Source: Candidatus Omnitrophica bacterium UBA6249 (GTDB lineage Bacteria > Omnitrophota > Gorgyraeia > Gygaellales > Profunditerraquicolaceae). Taken from it: 53,169 nucleotides of DNA. A program made the position numbers and the translations under genes. The notes beneath the pieces are model-generated. The model was given only the letters and a program-made list of their open reading frames with translations, was not told the DNA's origin and searched no databases. Location: assembly GCA_002441305.1 (NCBI GenBank), contig DJVT01000001.1:2328-55496 (forward strand), given 5' to 3'. Below, one piece after another: positions 17,263 through 27,686 of this stretch (positions are counted from its first letter, which is position 1; each line of letters starts with the position of its first letter).

Positions 17263-17686
17263 AGGTTCTTTGGGCAGGGTGTTCCTCCTGAAATTCGAGG
17301 ATAAAGACATCTTCATCGACGAGCTGCGCGCTTTTGCCTTAAAGGAAAGATTGAAAACGGCCTGCCTGGTGTTCATCGGCGCCCTCAGAGACGGGAAACT
17401 GGCAACGGGGCCCAGGAAGCCGGTTATCCCTCCGCAGCCGAATACTGCATCGTTTAAGGACGGATGGGAGGTTTTGGGGCTGGGGACGGTTTTTACCAAT
17501 TCTTCCGGCCCGCAGATACATATCCATACCAGCATGGGGAAGAAGAAATCCGTACTTACCGGATGCCTGCGCGGAAAATCAAGGGTTTTTCTGGTGATCG
17601 AAGCGGTCTTGTTAGAGTTGAAAGGGGTCAAGGCCGGCAAGGACATTGACCCGCGTACCGGATTGAACCTGCTGCATGTTTTTTAG
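17249..17686 (+). CDS. PPC (DUF296) domain protein
   Basis: G.l..v.......G...HIH.S.. pattern; ~145 aa. Confidence 0.65.
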   Translation: MKYTKGSLGRVFLLKFEDKDIFIDELRAFALKERLKTACLVFIGALRDGKLATGPRKPVIPPQPNTASFKDGWEVLGLGTVFTNSSGPQIHIHTSMGKKKSVLTGCLRGKSRVFLVIEAVLLELKGVKAGKDIDPRTGLNLLHVF

Positions 17687-17780
17687 CCCTCCTGCCTTGA
17701 AAACAACATAAAAATAGTATATACTTTAGCATAAAATCATTTAGCCTTTTTATCGGGCGGGTTCATCATGGGGAGGCATC

Positions 17781-18185
17781 TTGTTTAACCGCTACTGGGG
17801 TAAAGACAGGCGAAGATTTCAGCGATTACTTTTGAATTTGACTATTTGGTATAGAGTAAGCAGCCCGGAATATTTAAAACTCAGATTCGGCGACAGGGAT
17901 ATGGAAGCAACTACGATTGACTTAAGCACGATAGGTCTATCCTTTTTATCCGAGCATAAAATCCCGATCTGGTCCAAATTACTGCTCAAATTTATTTTTT
18001 TCGGTTCAGGAAGCGGCGCTTTGCATATAGTAAAGCCCGTAGAGGTTGAGGCCGAGGTGAAGACTTGCCTGCCTTGTGAAGACAGGTATCGCCTGGGGGT
18101 ATGCTTCAAGAGCCTTGACCAGGAGCGCAGAAGCCAGCTAAGCCGTTTTGTCGGGGCTTCCCTGCGGCCTTATAAAGAGTTTTGA
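17781..18185 (+). CDS. PilZ domain protein (TTG start)
   Basis: RRRFQR motif near the N-terminus and D.S..G.SF downstream. Confidence 0.7.
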   Translation: MFNRYWGKDRRRFQRLLLNLTIWYRVSSPEYLKLRFGDRDMEATTIDLSTIGLSFLSEHKIPIWSKLLLKFIFFGSGSGALHIVKPVEVEAEVKTCLPCEDRYRLGVCFKSLDQERRSQLSRFVGASLRPYKEF

Positions 18186-18243
18186 CGCAAAAAAGTTTAA
18201 TTTTTTATTTAGCTGTGATATAATCCTAAAGAAAGGGCGGGTT

Positions 18244-18582
18244 ATGGACTTTAGTTCTCTAAGGAAGAATATGAGGCTGTTCAGCTTCGAGGCCTTGCGC
18301 ACCGATTGCGACAATTTCTTCGAAGGGGTGCTTTTCCAGGAGGAGCTGAACAAGCTCCAGACACACCTGAAGAGCGCATTGGGGGAACCGGTTTTTCCTT
18401 CCAAGAGCCGTCTGCCGCATAAGGTGCAGCAGGCGGTAAACGGGTTCGGGGGGATCCTCCCGGGCCAGACGCTGTATTATACGAATACGGGGACAGACAG
18501 CATTCTCGCCATGCTCTGGCCATGGAAAGACGGCCAGCGCACCACAATCAAAATCATCCAGCAGGGAAGAAACAGCAACTAA
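18244..18582 (+). CDS. Hypothetical protein (112 aa)
   Basis: ORF with an internal ATG after an intergenic gap; no motif recognised. Confidence 0.4.
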   Translation: MDFSSLRKNMRLFSFEALRTDCDNFFEGVLFQEELNKLQTHLKSALGEPVFPSKSRLPHKVQQAVNGFGGILPGQTLYYTNTGTDSILAMLWPWKDGQRTTIKIIQQGRNSN

Positions 18583-18584
18583 AA

Positions 18585-19616
18585 ATGGGCTTCAAATATT
18601 TGCAAAAGATTCCTACGCCGGAGGAGATCCTCCGGCTTATGCCTATGCCGGCGGCCCTCAAAGGCATCAAGGCTCAACGCGACAGAAGCATACAGGGTAT
18701 CCTAAAAGGGAATGACAGCCGCATGCTCCTGATAGTCGGGCCGTGTTCGGCAGACGACGAGGATGCGCTTTCGGAGTACGTATCCCGCCTGGCAAGGCTG
18801 CAGGATAAAGTAAAAGACAGGCTGGTAATTGTCCCGCGCATATATACCAATAAGCCGCGCACTACCGGTAAAGGCTATAAAGGCATGCTTCATCAGCCGA
18901 AGGCCTCCGAGGATCCCGATATCGCGCGCGGAATCAAGGCCATCCGGCGCATGCACTTGAGAGTGCTTGGCGAGTCGGGGCTTACCGCGGCGGACGAAAT
19001 GCTTTATCCGGGGAATTACCCCTACCTGGAGGATATCTTAAGTTACGTAACTATCGGGGCGCGTTCCGTGGAGAACCAGGAGCACCGCCTTACGGTGAGC
19101 GGTCTGGATATACCCGTAGGCATGAAAAATCCCACCAGCGGAGATTTGAATGTCTTGCTCAATTCGGTAGAGGCGGCGCAGGTTGGGCATACTTTCATCT
19201 ACAACGGCTGGGAGGTGAAGACGGATGGTAACGCGCTGGCGCATTGCATACTGCGCGGTGCGATAAACCGCAACGGGCACAATTTCCCGAACTACCATTA
19301 CGAAGACTTGATATATTGCGCTCAGCTTTACCTGAAGCGTTCTCTTTTGAACCCCGCGATTATCGTTGATACCAACCACGCCAACTCCGGAAAAGATTTT
19401 ACCCAGCAGCCGCGCATAGCCGAGGAGATAATGCACAGTATTTCGCAATCCAGGGACCTGAGGAAGATAGTCAGGGGCCTGATGGTGGAGAGCTATATAA
19501 AAGAGGGTTCGCAGGCGGTAAAGGGAAAAGTTTTCGGGCAGTCGATAACCGATCCCTGCCTGGGGTGGGAGGATACAAAAAAACTTATATTGAAGCTGGC
19601 GGATAAAAGCAAATAG
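18585..19616 (+). CDS. 3-deoxy-7-phosphoheptulonate (DAHP) synthase, class I alpha
   Basis: Collinear with E. coli AroG: ILKG.D.R.L.IVGPCS, KPRT, GAR..E.Q.HR, KNPT, D.NHANS, GQSITD.C.GWEDT. Confidence 0.9.
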   Translation: MGFKYLQKIPTPEEILRLMPMPAALKGIKAQRDRSIQGILKGNDSRMLLIVGPCSADDEDALSEYVSRLARLQDKVKDRLVIVPRIYTNKPRTTGKGYKGMLHQPKASEDPDIARGIKAIRRMHLRVLGESGLTAADEMLYPGNYPYLEDILSYVTIGARSVENQEHRLTVSGLDIPVGMKNPTSGDLNVLLNSVEAAQVGHTFIYNGWEVKTDGNALAHCILRGAINRNGHNFPNYHYEDLIYCAQLYLKRSLLNPAIIVDTNHANSGKDFTQQPRIAEEIMHSISQSRDLRKIVRGLMVESYIKEGSQAVKGKVFGQSITDPCLGWEDTKKLILKLADKSK

Positions 19617-19625
19617 GAGAGATAG

Positions 19626-21092
19626 ATGAGCGTAAAGTTCGATTTCAATAATATGTTTGACTCCAGCGTGGGCGGGCACGGCGTAAGCAGGCAGGATCTC
19701 GAGGAGGCGCTTGCCGGCGCGCAAGAGGCCGCCGCGCACCTTAAGAAAGTTATTGCCGACCCGAGAACGCGCGTGAAGCTTAACCTTGAATGGGTAAAAC
19801 TGCCCGAACAGGATAAATCCGTGATCGGGCAGATTAACAAGCTTGCCCGGGAAATACGCGCCAAATACGACAATGTGGTTTTCCTGGGGATCGGAGGGTC
19901 TTATTTGGGGCTGAAGGCTGCGCAGGACGCGCTGTGCCTGCCTTATTACAATGAATTCAAGTCCGCAAGAAAGAAGTCCCCGCGCGTGTATTTCGAAGGC
20001 AATAACCTCGACCCGGACACTCTCGGGGTGCTGTTGAAGAATATTAACCCCCGTAAGACTTTTGTCGTGGTTATCTCCAAGTCCGGCGAGACCACCGAGA
20101 CAAAGGCCGCCCTGATGATCGTGGAATCATGGCTTAAGAAAGGCGTAGGCAAGAAGTACGGCAGGCAGATCGCCGCGATTACCGATCCTGAATCCGGATC
20201 CCTGCACAGAAAGGTATGCGCATCCCAGGAGGAGGACAGCCTTAGTTTCCGTTCTTTCCCGTTATTGAAGGGGGTGGGAGGGAGATTCTCGGAGTTCAAT
20301 ATGGGGTTGCTGCATTTGGCGGTTTCCGGAGTGAACATCGGTGAGCTGTTCGAAGGTGCCAGGGAGATGTCCGCGCGCTGCAGCCGGGAGGATATCCTTA
20401 AGAATCCCGCTTATATGTACGCGCTGCTGCACGTTATCCTTTATAATAAAAAAGCCAAGTCTCTGGCGGTGCTTATGCCGTTTTCCCAGGGCTTGAAATC
20501 CACCGCCGACTGGTACGTGCAGCTTTTGGCGGAAAGCACCGGGAAGAAATGCCACCGCAAGATAATCAATTCCCCCGACGGTACGGAAGATTGGGTGAGC
20601 GATAAGGAAAATCTTTTTGCCAAAGGCAGGACGCCCATATCCGCCGCGGGTACCAATGACCTGCATTCTATCCAGCAGAACAACGTGGAAGGGGAAAACA
20701 ACAAAGTGGTTACTTTTATCCGCGTGGAGAAATTCAAGACGGATTTGAAGATACCGGGAAAAGGTGACCTTTTGGCGGGCCGGAGCTTTACCGGGCTTAT
20801 GCAGCTTGCGCAGGAGGCTACGGAATGGGCGCTGGTGAAAGAGGGGCGGCCCAACTGCACCATCGTTATGCCGGAGGTGGATGCTTTCAACTGGGGAGGA
20901 TTGTTGTTTTTCTTTGAGATGGCCACCGCCTTCGAAGGGGAGTTGCAGAATATCAACGCTTTTAACCAGCCCGGGGTAGAGGGGTATAAGAATTACATGT
21001 ATTATAAACTGGGCAAACAAGGGTTGCCAAAAGAGATTTCGTCTGAAATCGAATGCAGCCCCTTGGTCAAAAACCCTGACCACATATTATAG
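19626..21092 (+). CDS. pgi: Glucose-6-phosphate isomerase
   Basis: GIGGS.LG and ISKSGETTET motifs. Confidence 0.85.
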   Translation: MSVKFDFNNMFDSSVGGHGVSRQDLEEALAGAQEAAAHLKKVIADPRTRVKLNLEWVKLPEQDKSVIGQINKLAREIRAKYDNVVFLGIGGSYLGLKAAQDALCLPYYNEFKSARKKSPRVYFEGNNLDPDTLGVLLKNINPRKTFVVVISKSGETTETKAALMIVESWLKKGVGKKYGRQIAAITDPESGSLHRKVCASQEEDSLSFRSFPLLKGVGGRFSEFNMGLLHLAVSGVNIGELFEGAREMSARCSREDILKNPAYMYALLHVILYNKKAKSLAVLMPFSQGLKSTADWYVQLLAESTGKKCHRKIINSPDGTEDWVSDKENLFAKGRTPISAAGTNDLHSIQQNNVEGENNKVVTFIRVEKFKTDLKIPGKGDLLAGRSFTGLMQLAQEATEWALVKEGRPNCTIVMPEVDAFNWGGLLFFFEMATAFEGELQNINAFNQPGVEGYKNYMYYKLGKQGLPKEISSEIECSPLVKNPDHIL

Positions 21093-21097
21093 ACAGT

Positions 21098-21132
21098 TTA
21101 TGCAACATCCTGCAGGTCATAGTGTTGCATAA
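21098..21132 (+). terminator. 10-bp hairpin after pgi (no T tract)
   Basis: TTATGCAACA / TGTTGCATAA. Confidence 0.35.
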
Positions 21133-21153
21133 CAAATATTACCTATCCTACCT

Positions 21154-22113
21154 TTGTTGAAAATCGGCAGTTTAAAACTAAAATCAAACCTGATCCTTGC
21201 CCCGATGGCAGGAGTCACTGATTTGCCGTTCCGCATGCTTTGCCGCAGGTTCGGGGCGGAGATGGCTTTCGTGGAGATGATCAACTGCCGTTCAATTTCT
21301 CATAAAAGCAGGAAGACCCGGCATATGCTTTCTACGGAAGAACAGGACAGTCCCCTGGGCGTGCAGGTTTTAGGATGCGAGGAAAAATATATCTCCAGGG
21401 CTTTGGATGTGCTGGGTTCTTACAGTTTCGACCTTTTGGATTTTAACGCCGCCTGCCCGGCAAAAAAAGTGGTACGCAGGGGCGAGGGCGCGGCGCTGCT
21501 TAAAGAGCCGAAAAAACTCGGCAAACTGCTTAAGCTGTTAGTGAAGAAATCCAGGATTCCCGTAACCGTAAAAATGCGTCTGGGGTGGGATAAGGATAGT
21601 ATCAATGCAGAGGAAGCCGCTCTTTACGCGCAGGATGCGGGGGTGAGCGCGCTGTTCATCCACGGACGGACAAAGGCGCAGGAGTATAGCGGCAGCGTAA
21701 ATTATGCCGAAATCGCCAAAGTCAAGAAAGCGGTGAACATCCCCGTAATTGCCAGCGGGGATATTTTTTCCGCGGAGCTGGCGGAAAAGATGCTTGAAGA
21801 AACAGGGTGCGATGGTTTAGCGGTGGCGCGCGGTTCGTTCGGCAATCCATGGATATTCAAAGAAATAAACAGGTATCTTCAGAAAGGGGAGTTTCTCCCC
21901 AGGCCTTCCAGGAGTAAAGTAATCGAAGTTATGCTTAGCCACCTGGATTCTTCGATAGCTTTTTACGGAGAGAAAAACGGCGTGGTTCTGTTCCGTAAAT
22001 TCTTCGCCTGGTACACCAAGGGCATCCGAAATATCCGGCCTCTGCGCGAGAAATCATCCCGCGCGAAAACAAAAGAAGATATGTCCGGGCTTATCTTATC
22101 CTTGCGCGCTTAA
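21154..22113 (+). CDS. tRNA-dihydrouridine synthase (TTG start)
   Basis: LAPMAGVTD.PFR, NA.CP..KV, HGRT motifs. Confidence 0.85.
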   Translation: MLKIGSLKLKSNLILAPMAGVTDLPFRMLCRRFGAEMAFVEMINCRSISHKSRKTRHMLSTEEQDSPLGVQVLGCEEKYISRALDVLGSYSFDLLDFNAACPAKKVVRRGEGAALLKEPKKLGKLLKLLVKKSRIPVTVKMRLGWDKDSINAEEAALYAQDAGVSALFIHGRTKAQEYSGSVNYAEIAKVKKAVNIPVIASGDIFSAELAEKMLEETGCDGLAVARGSFGNPWIFKEINRYLQKGEFLPRPSRSKVIEVMLSHLDSSIAFYGEKNGVVLFRKFFAWYTKGIRNIRPLREKSSRAKTKEDMSGLILSLRA

Positions 22114-22269
22114 TAAATCTTTCTGTTGCAATTTCTTATATTCTATCTTCCCGAATCTCCAAGAGATGCTATAATAATCAAAATATACCGTATGACAAAG
22201 GATTACGGGTGCGGAATGTTTCTTTTGTAACCAGATGCTGTTTAATAGGTTGGATAAACTGTCTACAAT

Positions 22270-22896
22270 ATGAAGAGGGATTTTGATAAAGAGGCGGCAT
22301 TGTGGGATATCCCGCCGAGGATAAAGCTGGCCCAGGATGTCGCAACGGCGATTTTCCGGAATATCCCGCTTGGGCAGGATACGCATGTCCTGGATTTCGG
22401 ATGCGGCACAGGGCTGTTGTCCTTGGCGCTGAGGCCGAAGGTGGGGTCGGTGACCGGAATAGATACCTCCAAGGGGATGCTTGAGATTTTCAATAACAAG
22501 ATTATTTCCTCCGGGATAAGTGGGGTCAGGACTATCCTGCTCGATGCGGAAAAAGAAACGGCGATTGCAGGCAGTTATGACTTGATTGTTTCGAATATGG
22601 CCTTGCACCATGTACCTGATGTAATTCCTCTGCTGAAGGTTTTCTACGGTGCGTTATCGCGCGGAGGGCATGTGGCGCTTTCCGACCTGGACTCCGAGGG
22701 AGGCCAATTCCATAGCGACCCCAAAGGCGTATTCCACAACGGCTTTTCCCGCGGGGATATGGAGGAAATGCTGCGCAAGGCCGGGTTTGGGGAGGTTAAG
22801 ACCTGCGATGCGGCGGAGCTTTTCCGTCCGGGCCGTGACGGGGTGATGCGCAGTTTCGGCATCTTTCTTGCCGTCGGGCGTTCTGCCGGGGGGTAA
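22270..22896 (+). CDS. Class I SAM-dependent methyltransferase
   Basis: VLDFGCGTG motif I. Confidence 0.8.
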   Translation: MKRDFDKEAALWDIPPRIKLAQDVATAIFRNIPLGQDTHVLDFGCGTGLLSLALRPKVGSVTGIDTSKGMLEIFNNKIISSGISGVRTILLDAEKETAIAGSYDLIVSNMALHHVPDVIPLLKVFYGALSRGGHVALSDLDSEGGQFHSDPKGVFHNGFSRGDMEEMLRKAGFGEVKTCDAAELFRPGRDGVMRSFGIFLAVGRSAGG

Positions 22897-22970
22897 GCCG
22901 GACAATGGCGCCGGTTAAATAAAACGCGCGCCGGTTGTTTTCGCCGCCTTAAAGCGGTATAATAATTTCC

Positions 22971-23390
22971 GTGAAAGTCATTACCAGGAAAATAAATCTT
23001 AAGACAAAAGGCGACCCGGACCTGATCAATATTACAGGCGAGCTTTCGCAGGCTGTCGCCTCGAGCGGGATGGCCGAAGGCAACGTCACGGTGTTTGTGG
23101 TCGGTTCTACCGCTGCGATTACCACGTTCGAATATGAACCCGGTCTGGTCAGCGATGTGCGGGAATTTTTCGCCAGGCTTATCCCGCAGAATAAAGGTTA
23201 TGCGCATGATGATACCTGGGGCGACGCAAACGGTTTCAGCCACCTGAGGGCTTCTTTGCAGGGGCCATCCCTGGTTGTCCCGTTTACGGGCGGGAAACTA
23301 CTCCTGGGTGTCTGGCAGCAGGTAGTGCTTGCCGAGTTCGACAACCGGCCGAGGCAGAGAGAGGTGGTTTTTCAGATAATCGGAGATTGA
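22971..23390 (+). CDS. YjbQ/UPF0047 family (secondary thiamine-phosphate synthase) protein (GTG start)
   Basis: G...VF..HTTA-like core, NG.SH....L.G.S...P...G.L.LG.WQ. Confidence 0.8.
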   Translation: MKVITRKINLKTKGDPDLINITGELSQAVASSGMAEGNVTVFVVGSTAAITTFEYEPGLVSDVREFFARLIPQNKGYAHDDTWGDANGFSHLRASLQGPSLVVPFTGGKLLLGVWQQVVLAEFDNRPRQREVVFQIIGD

Positions 23391-23391
23391 A

Positions 23392-23841
23392 ATGGCGAAA
23401 ATACTGATCGTTTACCACAGCCAGTCGGGGAATACCGCCAAACTTGCCCAGGCGGTCAGGCTGGGGGTTGTTTCCTGCGGGGCAAAAGCGGTGCTGAGGA
23501 AAGCCGGCGCGGCAACCCTCAAAGACCTTTTATCCTCGGACGCTTATTGTTTCGGTACGCCGGATTATTTCAGTTATATGGCAGGCGCGCTTAAAGATTT
23601 TTTCGACCGGACCTGCTATCCGTCCGAAGGCAAGATTGCCGGACGGCCTTACGTTTATTTTGTCAGCCACGGGGGAGGCGGAGCGGCCTCTTCCAGCATG
23701 CGCCGTATGGGGAAGAGGTTCGCTTTAAAACTTGCCGGGCCGCCCCTGCTCGTAGAGAATAAGCCGCGCAAGGCAGACCTGGAAAAAGCGCGCCGGATGG
23801 GGGAAAGGCTGGCGCAGGCAATTTTAAGAATGGAGGTTTAA
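23392..23841 (+). CDS. Flavodoxin-like fold protein (WrbA/NAD(P)H oxidoreductase-like)
   Basis: KILIVYHSQSGNT FMN-binding start. Confidence 0.75.
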   Translation: MAKILIVYHSQSGNTAKLAQAVRLGVVSCGAKAVLRKAGAATLKDLLSSDAYCFGTPDYFSYMAGALKDFFDRTCYPSEGKIAGRPYVYFVSHGGGGAASSSMRRMGKRFALKLAGPPLLVENKPRKADLEKARRMGERLAQAILRMEV

Positions 23842-23842
23842 A

Positions 23843-24883
23843 ATGGATGTGTTGTTCAAGAAACTTCTTGAGGCTCCCGGGGTATCCGGTCATGAATGCC
23901 GCATGGCGGAGATTATGCTGGAGGAGCTGCGCAAATCCTGCGATGAGGCGCAGACGGACAGCTTCGGCAATGTCATCGCCAGAAAAGGCGAAGGCAAGGT
24001 AAAGGTGATGCTTGCCGCGCATATGGATGAAATAGGTCTTATGGTCAAATACATAACTAAAGAAGGCTTTTTGCATTTTATAAAGTTAGGCGGTATAGAT
24101 GACCGCATTCTTCCTTCGCAGAGAGTAGTGGTGAAGTCCAGGAAAGGGGATTTTCCGGGGATTATCGGCACCAAGCCTCCGCATCTGCAAAAAGACGAAG
24201 AGAGGAAGAAGACGTTAAAGTACGAAGATATGTTTATTGACATAGGATGCAGGGACAAGGCGGAGGCGGAGAAGAAGGTCGAGATTGGCGATGCGGTTAT
24301 TTTTGAGCCCGTTTCCGGAGTGCTTAACGGAGATCTCTGTTACGGAAAGGCCGCGGACAACAGGGTAGGGTGTTATGTCCTGCTTAAGGTTATGGAGAAA
24401 ATAAAAGCCTCCGGCGCATCTGTTTACGCGGTTGCTACCGCCCAGGAAGAAGTAGGGCTGAAAGGGGCGCGTACCTCTTCGTTCAGGATAGACCCCGATT
24501 ACGCCATAGCCATAGACACGAGCGTCGCGGGCGATACCCCGGGGATAGGCGAGAAGGAATCTTCTTTAAAGCTCGGAGAAGGGGTCTCTATCACCATTAT
24601 CGAGGCCTCCGGCAGGGGCTTGATCGTGAGCGAGAAGATGAAAAGGATATTGATCGATACCGCAGAGAAAAACAAGATCAAATACCAGCTCGATGTCATA
24701 GACGGAGGCATGACCGATGGGGCAATCATATATATGAACAGGCAGGGAGTATGTACGGGGGTGTTGAGCGTGCCCACGCGTTATGTGCATTCTCCTTCCG
24801 GGGTTTTTGACCTCAGGGACGTGAATGCTGCTGTAGAGCTGGCGGCAAAGGCGGTAACTGAACTTTCCGGGAACAGCGTTTAA
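23843..24883 (+). CDS. M42 family metallopeptidase (FrvX/aminopeptidase-like)
   Basis: AHMDEIG, DNR.GC, QEEVG motifs. Confidence 0.85.
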   Translation: MDVLFKKLLEAPGVSGHECRMAEIMLEELRKSCDEAQTDSFGNVIARKGEGKVKVMLAAHMDEIGLMVKYITKEGFLHFIKLGGIDDRILPSQRVVVKSRKGDFPGIIGTKPPHLQKDEERKKTLKYEDMFIDIGCRDKAEAEKKVEIGDAVIFEPVSGVLNGDLCYGKAADNRVGCYVLLKVMEKIKASGASVYAVATAQEEVGLKGARTSSFRIDPDYAIAIDTSVAGDTPGIGEKESSLKLGEGVSITIIEASGRGLIVSEKMKRILIDTAEKNKIKYQLDVIDGGMTDGAIIYMNRQGVCTGVLSVPTRYVHSPSGVFDLRDVNAAVELAAKAVTELSGNSV

Positions 24884-24900
24884 GCGAGGTATATTTTTCC

Positions 24901-25813
24901 ATGCCGGACTACAGGGGTTTTGCGGGCAGGTTTTTTAAGCGCGCCTCCGAATATGCCGCGGTGATTTTTGCGGGCGCGCTTTACGCCATCGCCATAAAGT
25001 ATTTTATTTTCCCTTCCAAGGTGATCATGACGGGAACGGAAGGCATATCCATAGCCACCGCTTATTTTTTCGATAACGGCTGGCTTTTTATCGGGATGTA
25101 TTCTTTTTTCCAGTCCATCCTGATTATCTTTGCGTTCTTCAAGATCGGTTTCCGTTTCGCTTTCAGGAGTCTCCTGGTGGTCTGCTCGGTAATCCTGCTT
25201 TTGACCCTGCTGCCGGAATACCAGTTTGCCAACCCCGAACCGCAGAATGAGCGCATTATCCTTGTAATCTTCGGGGGGATACTCGCCGGCATCGCAAAGG
25301 CAATTGCCTTCCGTTACAGCGCCTCTACGGCCGACGAAGACATCCCTGCCGCATACTTTTCGATGAAATACCTCAGGCCGGTGGGGAATATCGCCGTTTT
25401 CGCGGCCGTAATTTCCACTCTTTTCGGGATATGCATGGCTTTTATCCGCACGCACAGCCTGTCGTTTGTGATCAACACCCTCATGTATACAGGAATTTAC
25501 ATTTTTATGTGCGCGGAGACATTGAATAATTTCTACCGTAAAATTCAAACTGACACTGGTAAGCATCATAACAGACGCCCCCGAGAGGATCGGAGAGAAT
25601 ATACGCCAGGTGCTGCCTTACCGTACTTATACCGTCCAGGAGGGTTCTGGCGGGTATTCCAAGGAAAGGATGAGGACCCTGCAGATGATCGTCTCCCAGG
25701 AGGAGCTCCCCGATGTGGTACGCATTATCGAGGCGTCCGATAAAAACGCATTTTTCTTTTATAACGACATAGAAGGCGTATCCAAGCAGTATTATATCGC
25801 CCCTATCCGTTAG
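24901..25813 (+). pseudogene. YitT-family membrane protein (DUF2179 C-terminus) interrupted by a +1 frameshift
   Basis: Frame 1 carries the YitT membrane part. The DUF2179-like tail (FKLTLVSIITDAPERIGENIRQVLPYRTYTVQEGSGGYS...) is in frame 2, open from 25526. Removing one A from the A4 run at 25540-25543 joins them. Confidence 0.7.
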
Positions 25814-25830
25814 AACCTTTAAAATCCGCA

Positions 25831-26265
25831 ATGACCGACAATATTCCTCTTATCAGGCATCCCGGGGCGGCGCTGATTGTCCCGTTTTTCGATGAGCGTA
25901 ATGTGATTATACTGCGCCAGTTCAGGCCGGCGATCGGTAAATATCTTTATGAGCTTCCTGCCGGGACGCTTGAAGCCGGGGAGTCGCCTGCTGCCTGCGC
26001 GCGCAGGGAATTACAGGAAGAAGCGGGTTATAAGGCGGGGAGGATTTCCAGGCTGGGTTGTATTTATCCCGTACCCGGGTATTCCACGGAAAAGATTTTT
26101 ATATATAAAGCCTGCAGATTGATCCCGGCTTCAAGAAGCCCGGAAAAGGATGAGGTGATAAGGGTGGAGAAGGCGAGCCGGGGGAGGGTTGTTGCTTTAT
26201 TCAGATCCGGGAAGATCAACGACGCAAAGACCATTTGCGCCTTTGCCTTCTGCGGATGGCTTTAA
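25831..26265 (+). CDS. NUDIX hydrolase (ADP-ribose pyrophosphatase-like)
   Basis: Nudix box G.LE.GES....A.REL.EE.G. Confidence 0.85.
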   Translation: MTDNIPLIRHPGAALIVPFFDERNVIILRQFRPAIGKYLYELPAGTLEAGESPAACARRELQEEAGYKAGRISRLGCIYPVPGYSTEKIFIYKACRLIPASRSPEKDEVIRVEKASRGRVVALFRSGKINDAKTICAFAFCGWL

Positions 26266-26289
26266 AGATTTATTCCATCGGGGGGAAAG

Positions 26290-27636
26290 ATGGGGCTGTT
26301 GGAAAACCTGCTTAATACCATAGACGGCTACGTGTGGGGCGTTCCCATGCTTGTGATTCTTATGGGTACGCACATATTCCTTACTTTCCGGCTGGGGTTT
26401 ATCCAGAGGTATATCTTCAGGGCCATCAAGATATCTTTCAGCAGGAAGAGAGAGGGCGACGGGGATATAAGCCATTTCGGCGCTTTGACCACTTCGCTCG
26501 CCGCTACCGTAGGCGCAGGAAATATCGTCGGGGTGGGGACGGCAATCGCTTCGGGCGGGCCAGGCGCCGTGTTCTGGATGTGGCTAACCGGTGTTTTCGG
26601 CATTGCGACCAAATACGCCGAAGCCATGCTTTCAGTGAAGTACCGCACGGTTTCCGCAAACGGAATGATTTGCGGAGGCCCGATGTATGTCTTGGAAAAA
26701 GGAATGCGTTGCCGCTGGCTGGGAGTGGCTTTCGCGGTATTCGCGTCTGTTGCCGCCTTCGGTATCGGCAATATGGTACAGGCTAACTCTATAGCCATGC
26801 TGGTGAAGGATACCTTTCATGTTTCCCCCTGGATTACCGGGGCGGCGGTAACTGTTTTTACCGCGGCGGTAATCCTTGGCGGGATAAAGTCGATATCGCG
26901 GGTCTGCGAGAAATTCGTCCCCTTGATGACCGTGTTGTATATACTCGGATGCCTGGTAATACTGGCACTCAAGTTCGATACCATACCGGATACGGTAATG
27001 CTGATTTTAAAGAGCGCCTTTACCGGGCAGGCCGCCATTGGAGGGTTTCTCGGGGCGGGGATGAAGGAGGCGGTGCGTTTCGGGGTCTCGCGCGGACTTT
27101 TTTCCAATGAATCCGGACTGGGCAGCGCTCCGATCGTGGCGGCTGCGGCGCAAACCAAGCATCCTGCCCGCCAGGCGATGGTTTCTTCCACGGGCACATT
27201 CTGGGATACCGTAGTAATATGCGCGATATCCGGCATAGTCCTGGTTAACTCAGGGGTCTGGACCAGGGGGATAGACGGTGCCCTGCTTACCAAGACCGCT
27301 TTTACCGCCATCCCCAGGGTGGGGCCGGTTGTCTTGACCATCGGCTTGTTGACGTTCGTATTCAGCACCATCCTGGGATGGTCGTATTACGGGGAGAGGG
27401 CGGCGGAATATCTTTTCGGGCGCCGGGCGATTATCCCGTACCGCTGGCTGTGGGTAGGTGTGGTAATGTTCGGATCTGTGGCGACAGTGCCCGTTGTCTG
27501 GTCGTTTTCGGACATAGCCAATGCGATGATGGCCCTGCCTAATCTCATATCCTTGTTGTTCCTGAGCGGGGTAGTGCATGCCGAAACAAAGGATTACTTG
27601 CGTAAAGATATAGACAGTTTACCTAACTCATTATAG
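26290..27636 (+). CDS. Alanine/glycine:cation symporter (AGCS) family
   Basis: FGALTTSLAATVGAGNIVGV motif; multi-TM; ~450 aa. Confidence 0.85.
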   Translation: MGLLENLLNTIDGYVWGVPMLVILMGTHIFLTFRLGFIQRYIFRAIKISFSRKREGDGDISHFGALTTSLAATVGAGNIVGVGTAIASGGPGAVFWMWLTGVFGIATKYAEAMLSVKYRTVSANGMICGGPMYVLEKGMRCRWLGVAFAVFASVAAFGIGNMVQANSIAMLVKDTFHVSPWITGAAVTVFTAAVILGGIKSISRVCEKFVPLMTVLYILGCLVILALKFDTIPDTVMLILKSAFTGQAAIGGFLGAGMKEAVRFGVSRGLFSNESGLGSAPIVAAAAQTKHPARQAMVSSTGTFWDTVVICAISGIVLVNSGVWTRGIDGALLTKTAFTAIPRVGPVVLTIGLLTFVFSTILGWSYYGERAAEYLFGRRAIIPYRWLWVGVVMFGSVATVPVVWSFSDIANAMMALPNLISLLFLSGVVHAETKDYLRKDIDSLPNSL

Positions 27637-27686
27637 ACTATATCTTTATAAGAGAAACATTCCGCTTATTAACGAAGGGAGGACAA

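Noticed and set aside
19038-21083. 233-aa and 273-aa minus-strand ORFs
   Set aside because: Antisense to DAHP synthase and pgi, both collinear with well-known enzymes. No independent support.
22114-22269. ~85-nt leader upstream of the SAM-dependent methyltransferase as a possible riboswitch
   Set aside because: Only a TGCTATAAT -10 element and a 5-bp CCGTA/TACGG hairpin are visible. I could not match it to any riboswitch consensus I know.
24880-25569. 229-aa minus-strand ORF
   Set aside because: Antisense to the YitT membrane domain. Low-complexity basic sequence.
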